A stretch of DNA of 64,000 nucleotides, taken from assembly GCA_040285745.1 (NCBI GenBank), contig JAUFOR010000008.1:124001-188000 (forward strand). The letters run 5' to 3'. The notes under the pieces are model-generated. The model saw only the letters and a program-made list of their open reading frames with translations. It was not told the DNA's origin and did no database searches. A program made the translations under genes and the position numbers. The first letter of the stretch is position 1; the number at the start of each line of letters is the position of its first letter. Shown in pieces: positions 21,001 through 31,103 of this stretch. This DNA comes from Barthelona sp. PCE. Its lineage: Eukaryota.

Positions 21001-23873
21001 TTAAATCAACGAATAACCAATACGATGCCTCAACTCACTATCGACATTTTTTGTGTCCTTTCTATGAAGCCTTGAATAACGCAGACAATCAACCGCATGC
21101 GTTTTCTCTGGGAACTGATATGTGGAGCTTAAGCAAAGCTTACTTAACCGTTTTAAGACAACTCATGCACATTCAAAAGCTTTGCAGCGATAATTCCACT
21201 TCTGCTTTACATGCTTATCATCAGATTGCAATGTTGTTGTTTTGCCTTCTTAGATATAAATCCGAAGCTATTTATACGAAGAATTTATTGAAAATAGCAT
21301 ACTTTAAAGGGCTATTTGAGTACAATAGGCATTACTTGTGTAAGTTTTTTGTTATGCCGGAACCCTTGGTAGCATATCTCCTCTGCGGACATGAGCACGT
21401 GAAGATGAAAGATATTGTCTACCCCGAAGAACAAAAGCAGAAAACCTCCCAAGAAGGGTACTTTAAGTGAGGAATTGAGAGACTTGTGTCAAGACTTTAG
21501 CTATATAAGCGAGTTACTACCTAACATAAGGAAAGAGTATGTGTTTGTACGTTTAAAAGGTGTGATGATATATTCGTTTCTGCAAACAAAATTTAAAAAA
21601 GCATTTTGTTGATGATCATTCACATGCACTTGTTGCTAATGAAATATCTGTATATAGAGAAATAAGTAATCAGTTTATGCATCCTAAGTACTACAAAGGT
21701 TTAGTTGCTCACATTATTTCACTTCTTTGTACTAATTTTTACTCTGATTTTTCTTCCTGTAATGAAGAACGTCAAAATTTGCAGGATGTGTTGAATGCTC
21801 AGAATAATGATAATCGTATTACACAATCCCCTTTAAGATCTCAAAATGAAGGAATTTTGGCTGAAATACTATCCCCTTACGATATCCCACCACCTTATGC
21901 AAATGAACCGCCTGTTTCAGCCGCAAGATCATCATCATATGAGTTCAATTTTGATGATCAGAGTTTGCGTGAGAGGGATATTCGCTCGGCGCTGATTTAT
22001 GGTTGCCAACATGAAGATGTGGTTGGTTTGAGTGTGATTCAAGAGATTGTCAACAAGTACAAGACGGTTCCTGCAAGCAACGCATGTGTTGAGCGTGGAT
22101 TTTCGGTGTTAAAGACTGCACATACATGCAAACAAAAATTGCTTACCACCCAATTGCGATTTGACTGGTTTTTATACCATGAAGTAGGTGCAGTTGCAGC
22201 ACTAACAATTGAGGATATTGAGAAAGCCATGAATATAGAAAGGGAAGCTGAATAAGTAGTATGAGGAAAACTTCATTGTTTCACAGAATAAGTATGATTG
22301 TTCACCTCAATGTTGACTGTTCTTGTTCGTTATGAGGTTTATTTAATAAAAAAAAGAAGTTTGTTAAACTAATGTTGGGGAAAAATTCACAAAAAAGTTG
22401 GTAGTTTTCTCATTCACTTGTAAACATCTTTATATTTACTATTATTAGTAAAGATTGGACAACTCGCTAATCGCGAGTTATCTTCGACCGACATTTAAAT
22501 TCTGTTTGTGCAAAGTCTATGAAAAACTTGTCATGCACTTCTTCTCTCGCTTCACTGATTTCTTTTTCTCTACAAGACCATTATCGTGCCCTTTACATGA
22601 GACAGAACAACGTCCCGAGTTCGAGTTTACAAGTTTCTTGCAAAAGAAGATTGTTGGTAATTCAGGTCCTTTGATTCCTTGCATTTTCGGTCACGTGGAT
22701 ATGCAGACATTTGATGGTGTTGATAGCTATGGTAAGGACACCACTTTCCAAATAGGAATAATTGCACGCCGTCATTGTGCTCGTTTAGGTAAGCGTTTCA
22801 TCGTAAGAGGCATCGATGATACTGGCAGTGTGGCAAACTGTGTTGAAACCGAGTTTTTTATTTGCGATGCAAACGAGGATGCTCTAAGTGGTGAAACAAC
22901 ATTCCAGTCCATGTTAATGTTACGCGGTTCCATCCCACTGTATTGGGAGCAGAAAGCTAACATGCGTATCAGCCCTCCCATTCGTATATTGAAGGAAGAT
23001 CATTACTCTGCCTTTGAGAAACACTTTGAGCAACTGGCACACGCCTATGAGAAGGTTGTGTGCGTTGATCTTGTCAACCAAAGTGGGAAAGAAAGCGTTC
23101 TTCAACAGAAATTTGAGGAGTTGTGCACCAAGGCTGAAATTTCTTATCATGCCTTTGATTTTCATAAGGAATGTGCGAATATGCAGTATCATAACCTGAA
23201 TAAGCTCATGGAAAAACTTGAACCTGAATTCTCCAGTTCTACTGTAACTATTTCACCAGGAGTCAGCACAGTTGATGAGGAACAAACTTCAGTATTCAGA
23301 GTGAACTGCATGGATTGTCTCGACCGCACAAACGTGTGCCAGAGCTCAATTGCGCGATTCTTATTCGATCGTTGTTACGATGGTCAGTTCACAGAAAATG
23401 AAGCTGCTCAGCGTGCCTTTCGCTATCTCTGGGCCGATCACGGCGATGTGTTGGCACTGCAGTACGCCGCCAGTCCGGCCATGAAGAGAGATTTCGTACG
23501 TACAGGAAGAAGGTCTCCCATTGGAGTTTTGTGCGATGGATCATACAGCATCCGCCGTTTCATTTCCGGCAATTTCATCGATCATAATGATCAGAACGCA
23601 ATCGATATCATGCAAGGAAGGGATATTGAATACAAGAGCAACGATAAAATGATCAAAATATTACTTGCATCATTTGCTTTTATTTATGTTTTATTACGCT
23701 TTATGGGTGTATCAAGGAAACAATTTGTGTTACTTTTGGTCATTTTAACCGCTTCCGTGCTGCGTTTCATGGGAGAAAAATTCGTTTGCCATCCCATCTG
23801 GAAGGGTCATAAATCTGAGCCTTCAAAGACGCAAGAGGATACTACTCCTGATGACGAACAACAAGTTCAGTAA
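18056..23873 (+). CDS. SAC1: Sac1 phosphoinositide phosphatase, interrupted by a hAT transposon; join(18056..18413,22528..23873) = 567 aa when the element is removed
   Basis: The 3' part has G-RF--RGID--G-VAN-VETE, RGSIPLYW-Q, the catalytic RVNCMDCLDRTN and two C-terminal TM helices. The 5' part has GIFG...IG-I...VFKV. The restored junction reads ...SDAEK-LVMHFF... in frame. Confidence 0.92.
18406..18413. repeat. target-site duplication, left copy (TGAAAAAC); right copy at 22520-22527
   Basis: Identical 8-mers directly abut both TIRs; 8 bp is the hAT TSD length. Confidence 0.95.
18414..18530 (+). repeat. left terminal inverted repeat (117 bp)
   Basis: Exact reverse complement of 22403-22519 on base-by-base comparison. 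Confidence 0.96.
18591..22255 (+). CDS. hAT transposase, split over five ORFs; probably spliced (exon boundaries tentative), alternatively frameshifted
   Basis: Motifs appear in canonical order: SFEYD (first D, about 19510), GTDNG (second D, about 19966), PCACHVLN (CxxH, about 20040), VRWSS (RW, about 20796), FMHP, and PASNACVERGFS (catalytic E/dimerisation domain, about 22091). Confidence 0.85.
22403..22519 (-). repeat. right terminal inverted repeat (117 bp)
   Basis: Exact reverse complement of 18414-18530. Confidence 0.96.
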
Positions 23874-24258
23874 ACCCAGTTGACTCATCTTCTTCTCTGC
23901 TCATGACGATTGTTTCGAATGTGCCCAATACAATCTCTGCTGTTGTATAAACGATCGAGTTCTCCTTCAAATGACCACCTGTACATGTGCCGTTTTCGTC
24001 ACTGACCGTTATATGAAGGTGGATACCATCAGGTGTTAGTGTACCAGTTAGAGATGTTATCTCCCAGGTATCACCCTCTAAAAAGACAGGCTTTGGTACA
24101 TCAGCAAATCTGATATTGACGTTCTTAAGTGATCCGACACATGTAACCACAAAAAAGCTTCTACAATGATCAATGGCAAATTGCTTCAAATAAGTATACA
24201 AATCCGTGCCCTCTGTGAGTCTAAATGCTGTGAACTGTGCGTTTGAAAATTGTTGCAT
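23842..24258 (-). CDS. PPC/DUF296 domain protein
   Basis: RL--G-DL, TCVGSL, EITSLTGT, HLHITVSD--G---GGHL, VYTTAEIV and TGF-EL motifs. Confidence 0.92.
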   Translation of the reverse strand: MQQFSNAQFTAFRLTEGTDLYTYLKQFAIDHCRSFFVVTCVGSLKNVNIRFADVPKPVFLEGDTWEITSLTGTLTPDGIHLHITVSDENGTCTGGHLKENSIVYTTAEIVLGTFETIVMSREEDESTGFTELVVRHQE

Positions 24259-24416
24259 GGATGATTTGGTTCAAATAGCCCAAAATAATGTTGTAAATGA
24301 GATATATATATACAAACAAGTTTTAAAATGAGAATACAACATTTTTACAAGCTTCAAATTGATAATATACACCAATAATACCTCAATAAGACAATGCAAG
24401 AAACGAAAAAGTTGTT

Positions 24417-24989
24417 ATGGATATCTTACCTAATTCACATTCAGATCCTGTGGGTAAATCACCAGAGGTTGTGAGATCGGTGTCCACGGAGCCCATGTCA
24501 CCACCTGGAACACCACCTGTAGCTACAAAAGACACACAATTAGTTGATAGTGGGCTTTATTTCAATTTGATAGACGGAAAATCATTATTCATTCCGGCTT
24601 GCTGCTTCGAACAGTCCGAAGTACTGCTTGAGATGCTTAAAAAACAGGAATCACACTTGTATATACCTTTTTGCCAGGATGTGGCATCAAAATTTGTGAG
24701 TTTCTGCGTAAACCTTTTTCACAACAAAGAGATCACCCCAGAGTTCGAAAGGGAATTCCTAGATATACACATGGAATTATTATTAAATCTTGTATATTTT
24801 TCAAATGAAATGAAAGCTGTTACCTTTAAAAAATTTGTAACTAAACCTTTAATTCGCATACTTAAAACAGCAACAGTCAGTGAAATACAGCATATCTTTG
24901 ATTTACAACATTCTGCATTAGAAAGTCCATTACTTGATGAGATTCAATCAGAAAATGACAAACTTCTTGATTTACTAACACTGGAATAG
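24417..24989 (+). CDS. Skp1-like protein (divergent)
   Basis: C-terminal EFEREFLDI...LLNLV..SN.M...IK-like...EIQHIFD...EIQSEN resembles the Skp1 dimerisation domain. Confidence 0.7.
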   Translation: MDILPNSHSDPVGKSPEVVRSVSTEPMSPPGTPPVATKDTQLVDSGLYFNLIDGKSLFIPACCFEQSEVLLEMLKKQESHLYIPFCQDVASKFVSFCVNLFHNKEITPEFEREFLDIHMELLLNLVYFSNEMKAVTFKKFVTKPLIRILKTATVSEIQHIFDLQHSALESPLLDEIQSENDKLLDLLTLE

Positions 24990-25015
24990 AATAAATTTGA
25001 AAAATGGTAGCATAT

Positions 25016-25957
25016 TTACTCGTTCTGGTAACCACGGATGGAACCGTCGGTGCAACCAACAAGTAAAGCAGTGGAATCGGTGTTCCACTCAACACAAGTG
25101 AACTTACCGTGCTCCTCATCAGCGTTGATGGTGTCAACGAGTTGGAACTCAAGAAGGTTCCAGATCTTGACAGAGGTAGGAGTACAGACGGCGAGAAGGT
25201 TGTTCATGGCAGAGAACTTGAGATCAAGAACATCTTCCTCAACGGGGATGGAGGAGACAATCTCGAGGGAGTCAGAGTTCCAAAGGTAGACCTTCTTGTC
25301 ACGGGCACCGGTGGCGATGATGGTACCGTCAGCGGAGAAACCAACACAAGTGATGGGACCAGTGTGACCAACGAGAGAGGCGATTTGGTTGAAAGACAAG
25401 TCACCATCCTCTCCGGGCTCAAGCTTCCAGACAGAACAAGTGCAGTCAGAAGAACCAGTAACGAACATACCGCCTTGAGTCTCTTGAGAAGGCTTGTAAG
25501 CGATAGCGTTGATCCAGTCGTTGTGGACACCGTCGAGGTGATAAGTGAGGTCACCGTTGACGTTCCAGACACAGATGCTGCGATCGCGACCGGCAGTCAT
25601 GATACAACGACCACCAACACCGAAAGCACCACAGAAGATATCCTTCTTGTGACCAATGAGGTGGGCAATAGACTCACCATCGGAAACACGGTGGAGACGA
25701 GCAGTAGCATCCCAAGAACAAGTCAGAACGTACTGACCATCGGGGAAAACAGCAACGTCAGAGATGGCGTTGTTGTGCTTACCGAACTCACGGATGGGGA
25801 GAGCGATATCATCAGAGTTGATGTCCAATTCCCAAACAACAGCCTTGTTATCGCGAGCGCTTGAAATGAATGCGAGAGGGTTGGAAGGGAAAGATTTAAT
25901 GCTTGTAACAGCCTTAGTGTGTGCTTGCACGGAACCACGGAACAACAGAGTAGCCAT
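25016..25957 (-). CDS. RACK1: RACK1 (7-WD40 ribosome-associated protein)
   Basis: 313 aa with WD repeats (ISSARD, GQYVLTCSWD, IGHKKD, HNDWI, GHTG...SADG...ATGARD); strongly biased, GC-richer codon usage. Confidence 0.85.
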   Translation of the reverse strand: MATLLFRGSVQAHTKAVTSIKSFPSNPLAFISSARDNKAVVWELDINSDDIALPIREFGKHNNAISDVAVFPDGQYVLTCSWDATARLHRVSDGESIAHLIGHKKDIFCGAFGVGGRCIMTAGRDRSICVWNVNGDLTYHLDGVHNDWINAIAYKPSQETQGGMFVTGSSDCTCSVWKLEPGEDGDLSFNQIASLVGHTGPITCVGFSADGTIIATGARDKKVYLWNSDSLEIVSSIPVEEDVLDLKFSAMNNLLAVCTPTSVKIWNLLEFQLVDTINADEEHGKFTCVEWNTDSTALLVGCTDGSIRGYQNE

Positions 25958-26294
25958 TTACCTGAATAAAGGTGAAGTAAGTCGAAAAGGAAGAAAGAGT
26001 GAGGTTAAAAACCCGAAAGAGAGTTTCTCTTCATATTCACACACATCAAGTTAGTATATGAGAATTAAATCCAATATAGGGTGAATGGATGTGTAAGATA
26101 TCTTGTCATATTACTCATGTCTAGACATTTCAAAGAATTCATTTTTCCCTTGTTTTTAGTAAATATTACATCTGTTGTATAGCTTGAGTACGTCAAGGTA
26201 TACCAAGAATCGCAAACATTCACAAGATACAATTGCAAGTACAAAGAAATACTCCTCCAAAAACTCATTTTTAAAAACAATTTTATTTGATAAA

Positions 26295-29200
26295 TTAACA
26301 CAAGAAATCCTCACACGAAAAATCCCACTCAAAATCAAAGATAAGTACCTGAATCTTTTCTTTAAAGCCTCCAAGATCTTCAAATAAGTCATCATTTCGC
26401 CAATATCTCTTCAGAACGAAACGGGTTAACCCGATCGAAAACACAAGACAAAGAACACTGAGAAGTCTAAAGGCAAAACTGTCACTAATTTTGAACACAA
26501 TTAGAGGTGCCACCGCATAAGCAACGGTGGGAACAACAATCAGTATCTCTCCTAACAGAGGAATAAGGCCACATAACCAGGTTATGACACCAAAAGGTAC
26601 AGTCAATAATAACCAGATGATGGCAAATACTCCGACTACAGTACCCCATATAACATGAGCTAATTTCTTAATAAATGAACCTGAAAAATTAAGGAAACAG
26701 TTAACTCCTTCCTCAAAATCAACAAATCCAGTATCTTTAAGATGATCGTATGGAGAAACAATACCATTACTCATCAAATACCACAAATTGAACCAAATGC
26801 AGGTAATGATCGCAATAACGTAAGTTACACCATTGAAACTGCTTAAAATCCAGAATGGAGCTAAGATCATTGCTATCTGAAGACCTAAGAAATAAAATGT
26901 AAACATAATAATATGCCAAACAGCAATTATGAACTTAAAGACAGACTTGAAACCTTCCCAATCGTACCATACAACAAGAGGAGCAAATTTAGGAGCAAAT
27001 AAGAACAAAGCAAGACTGATGTAATAAACAATGTAATTATAAATCATGGCAATGATTGCAAAAATAAACGTTACAATTGTTATTATTGCAAAAAACAATG
27101 CAACATCAAGATAAAAGAACCGTGGAAGGTATGACAAGTATACATGTGAAAACTTGTTGGCTAAAATCATCATTTGAACTAGTTCATCAGTGTGATCAAT
27201 GTTTTTAGTCATTCTTTCAATGAGATAGATTACTGGATACAGAATATAACCAAGCAACTTGGTAGGTAACAAGAAAATATGAGGTGCATAAATGATAGCC
27301 ATGACCAATTCACTCATGATGATACGATGAAGAGGATGGATAATATCAATGTTATACACATATGAGGGCATCGTCACAGCAGCTGGTTCAGCTGGCTCAT
27401 AAACATATGCAGTACCTTCGAACTCTTCACCCATAACGGGTACATCAAACGTTTCTGGAGCTGGTAAGTAGACATCCTCTTCAACATTTTCAACCTCTTC
27501 CGCTTCTTCCTCGTATAATTCCTCAAGATCTTCGCATTCTGGAGCGCTTGATGGTGGCGTGATGGCACTGGAACTGGAGTGGATCACCTTACTTTCTCTG
27601 TACTTTCTGATGTGAGCATAGAGATTAGGGGTTCTGAAGATGAGAATATGAATTATTACGAAGGAAACAAATGAGATGATGTCCATAACAACCGCCCAAA
27701 GATGATTCCATGAGAATCGGAATGGAGCCAATAAGACAGAAAAACTCTCGTCATTTGACATGATGTTTTTGAAACCCACCTCTCTGTACTTTCTCCATAG
27801 AGACGCGGAGCGCCATGTAATGGAGATGAACAGTGTTACAGGAATGGCAAATACATCAGTGAGTGCTAATAAGAAAACAGTGAACATGATCCAACGACGT
27901 TCTCCGTTTTTATCAGTATGCATAAACAACGCTGTCATTGCAAATTTAATACGAATAACAGTCACACATGATGCTAAAGCAAGAAGCATAAACGGCAGAT
28001 CAAGCAACAAGTGTAAGAACTCACCGTAAATGACGCGATGGAATCTCGACAGATCCTTCACCATAGCCTCCTTGATACGATAGAAACGCGTCCATGTCAC
28101 TAGTAACACCAAAACCATTGGGAGAACCGGGATATCTTTGATGGTGAGCCATAGCTGTGTCCAAACGAGAACACGTCTTCTGGTGGCACTGTAGTTGTAA
28201 TCCTCATGTTTGAACATGTGGTGGATGACAACAGGCATACGCCAGAGACAGAGAACAAAGAATGGAAAGTGTGCGATATCGATGACACCCTGTGCAAAAC
28301 TATCCATTACGTAACCGTACAGACCACCTTGAGGATCGAATGAAAATGTAAAGAGCTTCGTGATGTAACCCTTCACGCGCCAAAGGAAAACCATATTAAG
28401 AATGGCAAAGATGAGCAATATAGGATCAAGCAATGAAAGACCTGCGGTGAAGAGAAGACGACGGCGTCTTGATTCAAAGTCAAGGTCATTTCTATGATTG
28501 AGATAATTGCACAAACGAGCCGGTGAAATGATTGTTGGGAGGAACAGAACAGCAAAGAGAACATCGACGAGCAACAAGAAGACAAAGTACCACGTCAAAC
28601 TGTGGAATCGACTCGAGTGCTTGAACGAGTAAGGATCTGCCTGACCACCACTGGTGCGATCGATGTTATGCGTCAGATGTTGGCGTTCCGGATGATATGC
28701 CTGGTTCTCATCGTTAGCAAACGGAACAGCAGCTGCAGGTGTGTATCCATATTCCTGCACATGTTTCTCAGCTTCTTCGTCCATATCAGCCTTGATTGTC
28801 TCAGCAAGGTCGACATCGTCAATGTGCTCATAACCACCTTGAATATCCATCTTCTTCTCGAGATACTCGCTTCGGCGCCACAACAGCACAGCTAACAGAT
28901 ATGCTGGGAAAGTTAAAATATCAAATAACCATAAAGTAAACTCTCTGAAACACAAGAATCGCACCATCTTCATGTCGTAAACACCTTCACAGTTTCTACA
29001 GCGGTCAAATGCACGCCTAACATGCTTCATACGCCAAGAGAGAAGAGGGAATAATAAACAAACACTTGTTGGTACATCGATTATGAACAAAAAGATTCGC
29101 TTGATACCAGAAGTATGATATCTATATTTCTTATTGGACTTGCGGACATCGCTGATGTAACCAAACCACGACACAGGTGCAAGAACTATACATATAAATC

Positions 29201-30974
29201 CGGGGGCACTCATGATATCAAGAAGTGCATAACCGAATTGGGACATAACGGCACTACGGAACTTATACGGACGATATGTGCGGGGCTTCTCAACGGGAGC
29301 GTCAACTGGAGCAGTAGCTTCAGCACTAGGGGCCGAAGGTGAGGCTGATTCTACAATAATATTAGACCCACTGTATTCGTACTCGCGAATAGTACAAACC
29401 ATCTTAATGACAAACACCATACGCCACGGCAAAATACAACACACCGCAATGGGGATCAGAAGTAAGACATCCAGCAATAACTTGATAAAGAACTCAAATG
29501 TGATTTGGAAGACCTTCATACCCGAATGATGATAGTCGGTCTTAACTCGCTTAAACCATTCGCCGAGCCAATAGACTGTAACAAGAAGTGGTACAAACAT
29601 AATTAAAGTAAGGGCAAAACATACAACCAAAATTACACTTTGGATGAAACCATACCAGAGAGCCCAAGTTTCGATTTCAGGATCAAATTCAATGTAATCA
29701 TCTGATGATTCGTTCTCATGATCACGACGACGATGACGGAAAATCAGATTGAAGGGCCATGTTACATGCAACAAGTCCAAAAATCCAAATAGCAAGAAAA
29801 ACTTTGCAACATAATCGTTGACCACCTTTAAAGCTTGAAAAGATATACCCATACCATATGCAATGTAACTAGAATCAACAAAAACATCATCAGGAGTATT
29901 CTTTAACATTTTCCAAGAGTACTTCCAACGATAAGGAGCTACAATGGTTACAATACAACCAATGAGGGCGAAGATATCAACCATCAAAAGAATGACTTGG
30001 AGGATAAGATTAAAGTTATGATAGACACATTCAACACCATTACTATCAGCGTCTGCTGTTACTAAACGGTACAAAACCTTCCAAACGCACTTGCAACGAG
30101 GAGGAATAACACTCAGCACAACAGCAATAGGAATACACACAACATCCATCAGAATGATCAGAGGAGCACGGATTGCAAAGTTGAAGGTAATCAATGTTCT
30201 ATCAGATTCATCGGCGTTAAAGATGTAAACAAATGCTTTAAACATATATGGCCATCTCCAAGGCAATAAAACTAAAGATAATGTAACTACTGAACAAATA
30301 ATTTCAGAAATCGTCTTCAATGCCATGAAAATACAAGAACTAATCCATTCTCCCATCTGTCGATTGTCAATATGTTTGAAATTATAGTACGTAACCAACA
30401 AAATCACCCATGATACAACAGCAAGGGGCGTAAAAACAATCAATAACAGATAACTAACGGCTGCTTCAAGTATCGAATTAAAGTGCTCATCATTGTCAAA
30501 CCAAAAATTATACGCCTGAATAGGGGAAATGAATGATATAACAAAGGCAAATATGAAAAAGACAGTTAAAACACCGCTTATCAAAGTTCCAATTAATGAT
30601 TTGCCGATGAAATCCATAATATCACCTCCATCTACTTTATCTTCATTGAATAATGTGTACTCGGCAAACATAATACCTAAGAATGTTGCAACAACACCAA
30701 CTATACCAGAATAATTAACCGGAATGAAGAAAGAAATGATTAGAGGTACCAATCCCATTACACAGAAAACTAGACACCATAAAAATCCTAATATCGTTAC
30801 TTGTAAAGATGCATTAAATCTATTCTTGGTGTTATAATTGCTATCAGCCGTATTGAAGATCTTACGGGCTAATATTAATGGATATGAAAAAATTGTCAGA
30901 ATGAACAGAAATACCTTCTTCACAAGAGTGAAAAGAAGTTCAATCAATTGTAACACAAGTGGTTCTGAACCCAT
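26295..30974 (-). CDS. very large polytopic membrane protein with repeated D-hydrophobic-WR modules
   Basis: ORF of more than 1,550 aa; many hydrophobic segments end in (P/L)WR-like motifs. Likely start is MGSEPL at 30974. Confidence 0.8.
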   Translation of the reverse strand: MGSEPLVLQLIELLFTLVKKVFLFILTIFSYPLILARKIFNTADSNYNTKNRFNASLQVTILGFLWCLVFCVMGLVPLIISFFIPVNYSGIVGVVATFLGIMFAEYTLFNEDKVDGGDIMDFIGKSLIGTLISGVLTVFFIFAFVISFISPIQAYNFWFDNDEHFNSILEAAVSYLLLIVFTPLAVVSWVILLVTYYNFKHIDNRQMGEWISSCIFMALKTISEIICSVVTLSLVLLPWRWPYMFKAFVYIFNADESDRTLITFNFAIRAPLIILMDVVCIPIAVVLSVIPPRCKCVWKVLYRLVTADADSNGVECVYHNFNLILQVILLMVDIFALIGCIVTIVAPYRWKYSWKMLKNTPDDVFVDSSYIAYGMGISFQALKVVNDYVAKFFLLFGFLDLLHVTWPFNLIFRHRRRDHENESSDDYIEFDPEIETWALWYGFIQSVILVVCFALTLIMFVPLLVTVYWLGEWFKRVKTDYHHSGMKVFQITFEFFIKLLLDVLLLIPIAVCCILPWRMVFVIKMVCTIREYEYSGSNIIVESASPSAPSAEATAPVDAPVEKPRTYRPYKFRSAVMSQFGYALLDIMSAPGFICIVLAPVSWFGYISDVRKSNKKYRYHTSGIKRIFLFIIDVPTSVCLLFPLLSWRMKHVRRAFDRCRNCEGVYDMKMVRFLCFREFTLWLFDILTFPAYLLAVLLWRRSEYLEKKMDIQGGYEHIDDVDLAETIKADMDEEAEKHVQEYGYTPAAAVPFANDENQAYHPERQHLTHNIDRTSGGQADPYSFKHSSRFHSLTWYFVFLLLVDVLFAVLFLPTIISPARLCNYLNHRNDLDFESRRRRLLFTAGLSLLDPILLIFAILNMVFLWRVKGYITKLFTFSFDPQGGLYGYVMDSFAQGVIDIAHFPFFVLCLWRMPVVIHHMFKHEDYNYSATRRRVLVWTQLWLTIKDIPVLPMVLVLLVTWTRFYRIKEAMVKDLSRFHRVIYGEFLHLLLDLPFMLLALASCVTVIRIKFAMTALFMHTDKNGERRWIMFTVFLLALTDVFAIPVTLFISITWRSASLWRKYREVGFKNIMSNDESFSVLLAPFRFSWNHLWAVVMDIISFVSFVIIHILIFRTPNLYAHIRKYRESKVIHSSSSAITPPSSAPECEDLEELYEEEAEEVENVEEDVYLPAPETFDVPVMGEEFEGTAYVYEPAEPAAVTMPSYVYNIDIIHPLHRIIMSELVMAIIYAPHIFLLPTKLLGYILYPVIYLIERMTKNIDHTDELVQMMILANKFSHVYLSYLPRFFYLDVALFFAIITIVTFIFAIIAMIYNYIVYYISLALFLFAPKFAPLVVWYDWEGFKSVFKFIIAVWHIIMFTFYFLGLQIAMILAPFWILSSFNGVTYVIAIITCIWFNLWYLMSNGIVSPYDHLKDTGFVDFEEGVNCFLNFSGSFIKKLAHVIWGTVVGVFAIIWLLLTVPFGVITWLCGLIPLLGEILIVVPTVAYAVAPLIVFKISDSFAFRLLSVLCLVFSIGLTRFVLKRYWRNDDLFEDLGGFKEKIQVLIFDFEWDFSCEDFLC

Positions 30975-31103
30975 TAGAGAAATAACAAAACAAAAGAAGA
31001 AGAAAAAACAAATACAATTCAACATGATACCAAAGACATCATTTACATAAATAAAAGTTGTGTGTTTACTATTTGACAAAAAACAACATGACAAGCAAAA
31101 AAC

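Larger units (their letters stand above)
18414..22519 (+). mobile_element. hAT-superfamily DNA transposon (4,106 bp)
   Basis: Perfect 117-bp TIRs starting TAGACTTTGCAC, 8-bp TSD TGAAAAAC (18406-18413 and 22520-22527), and internal ORFs carrying hAT transposase motifs. Confidence 0.95.

Noticed and set aside
25109-25864. 251-aa ORF antisense to RACK1
   Set aside because: Expected by-product of strong codon bias; no motifs.
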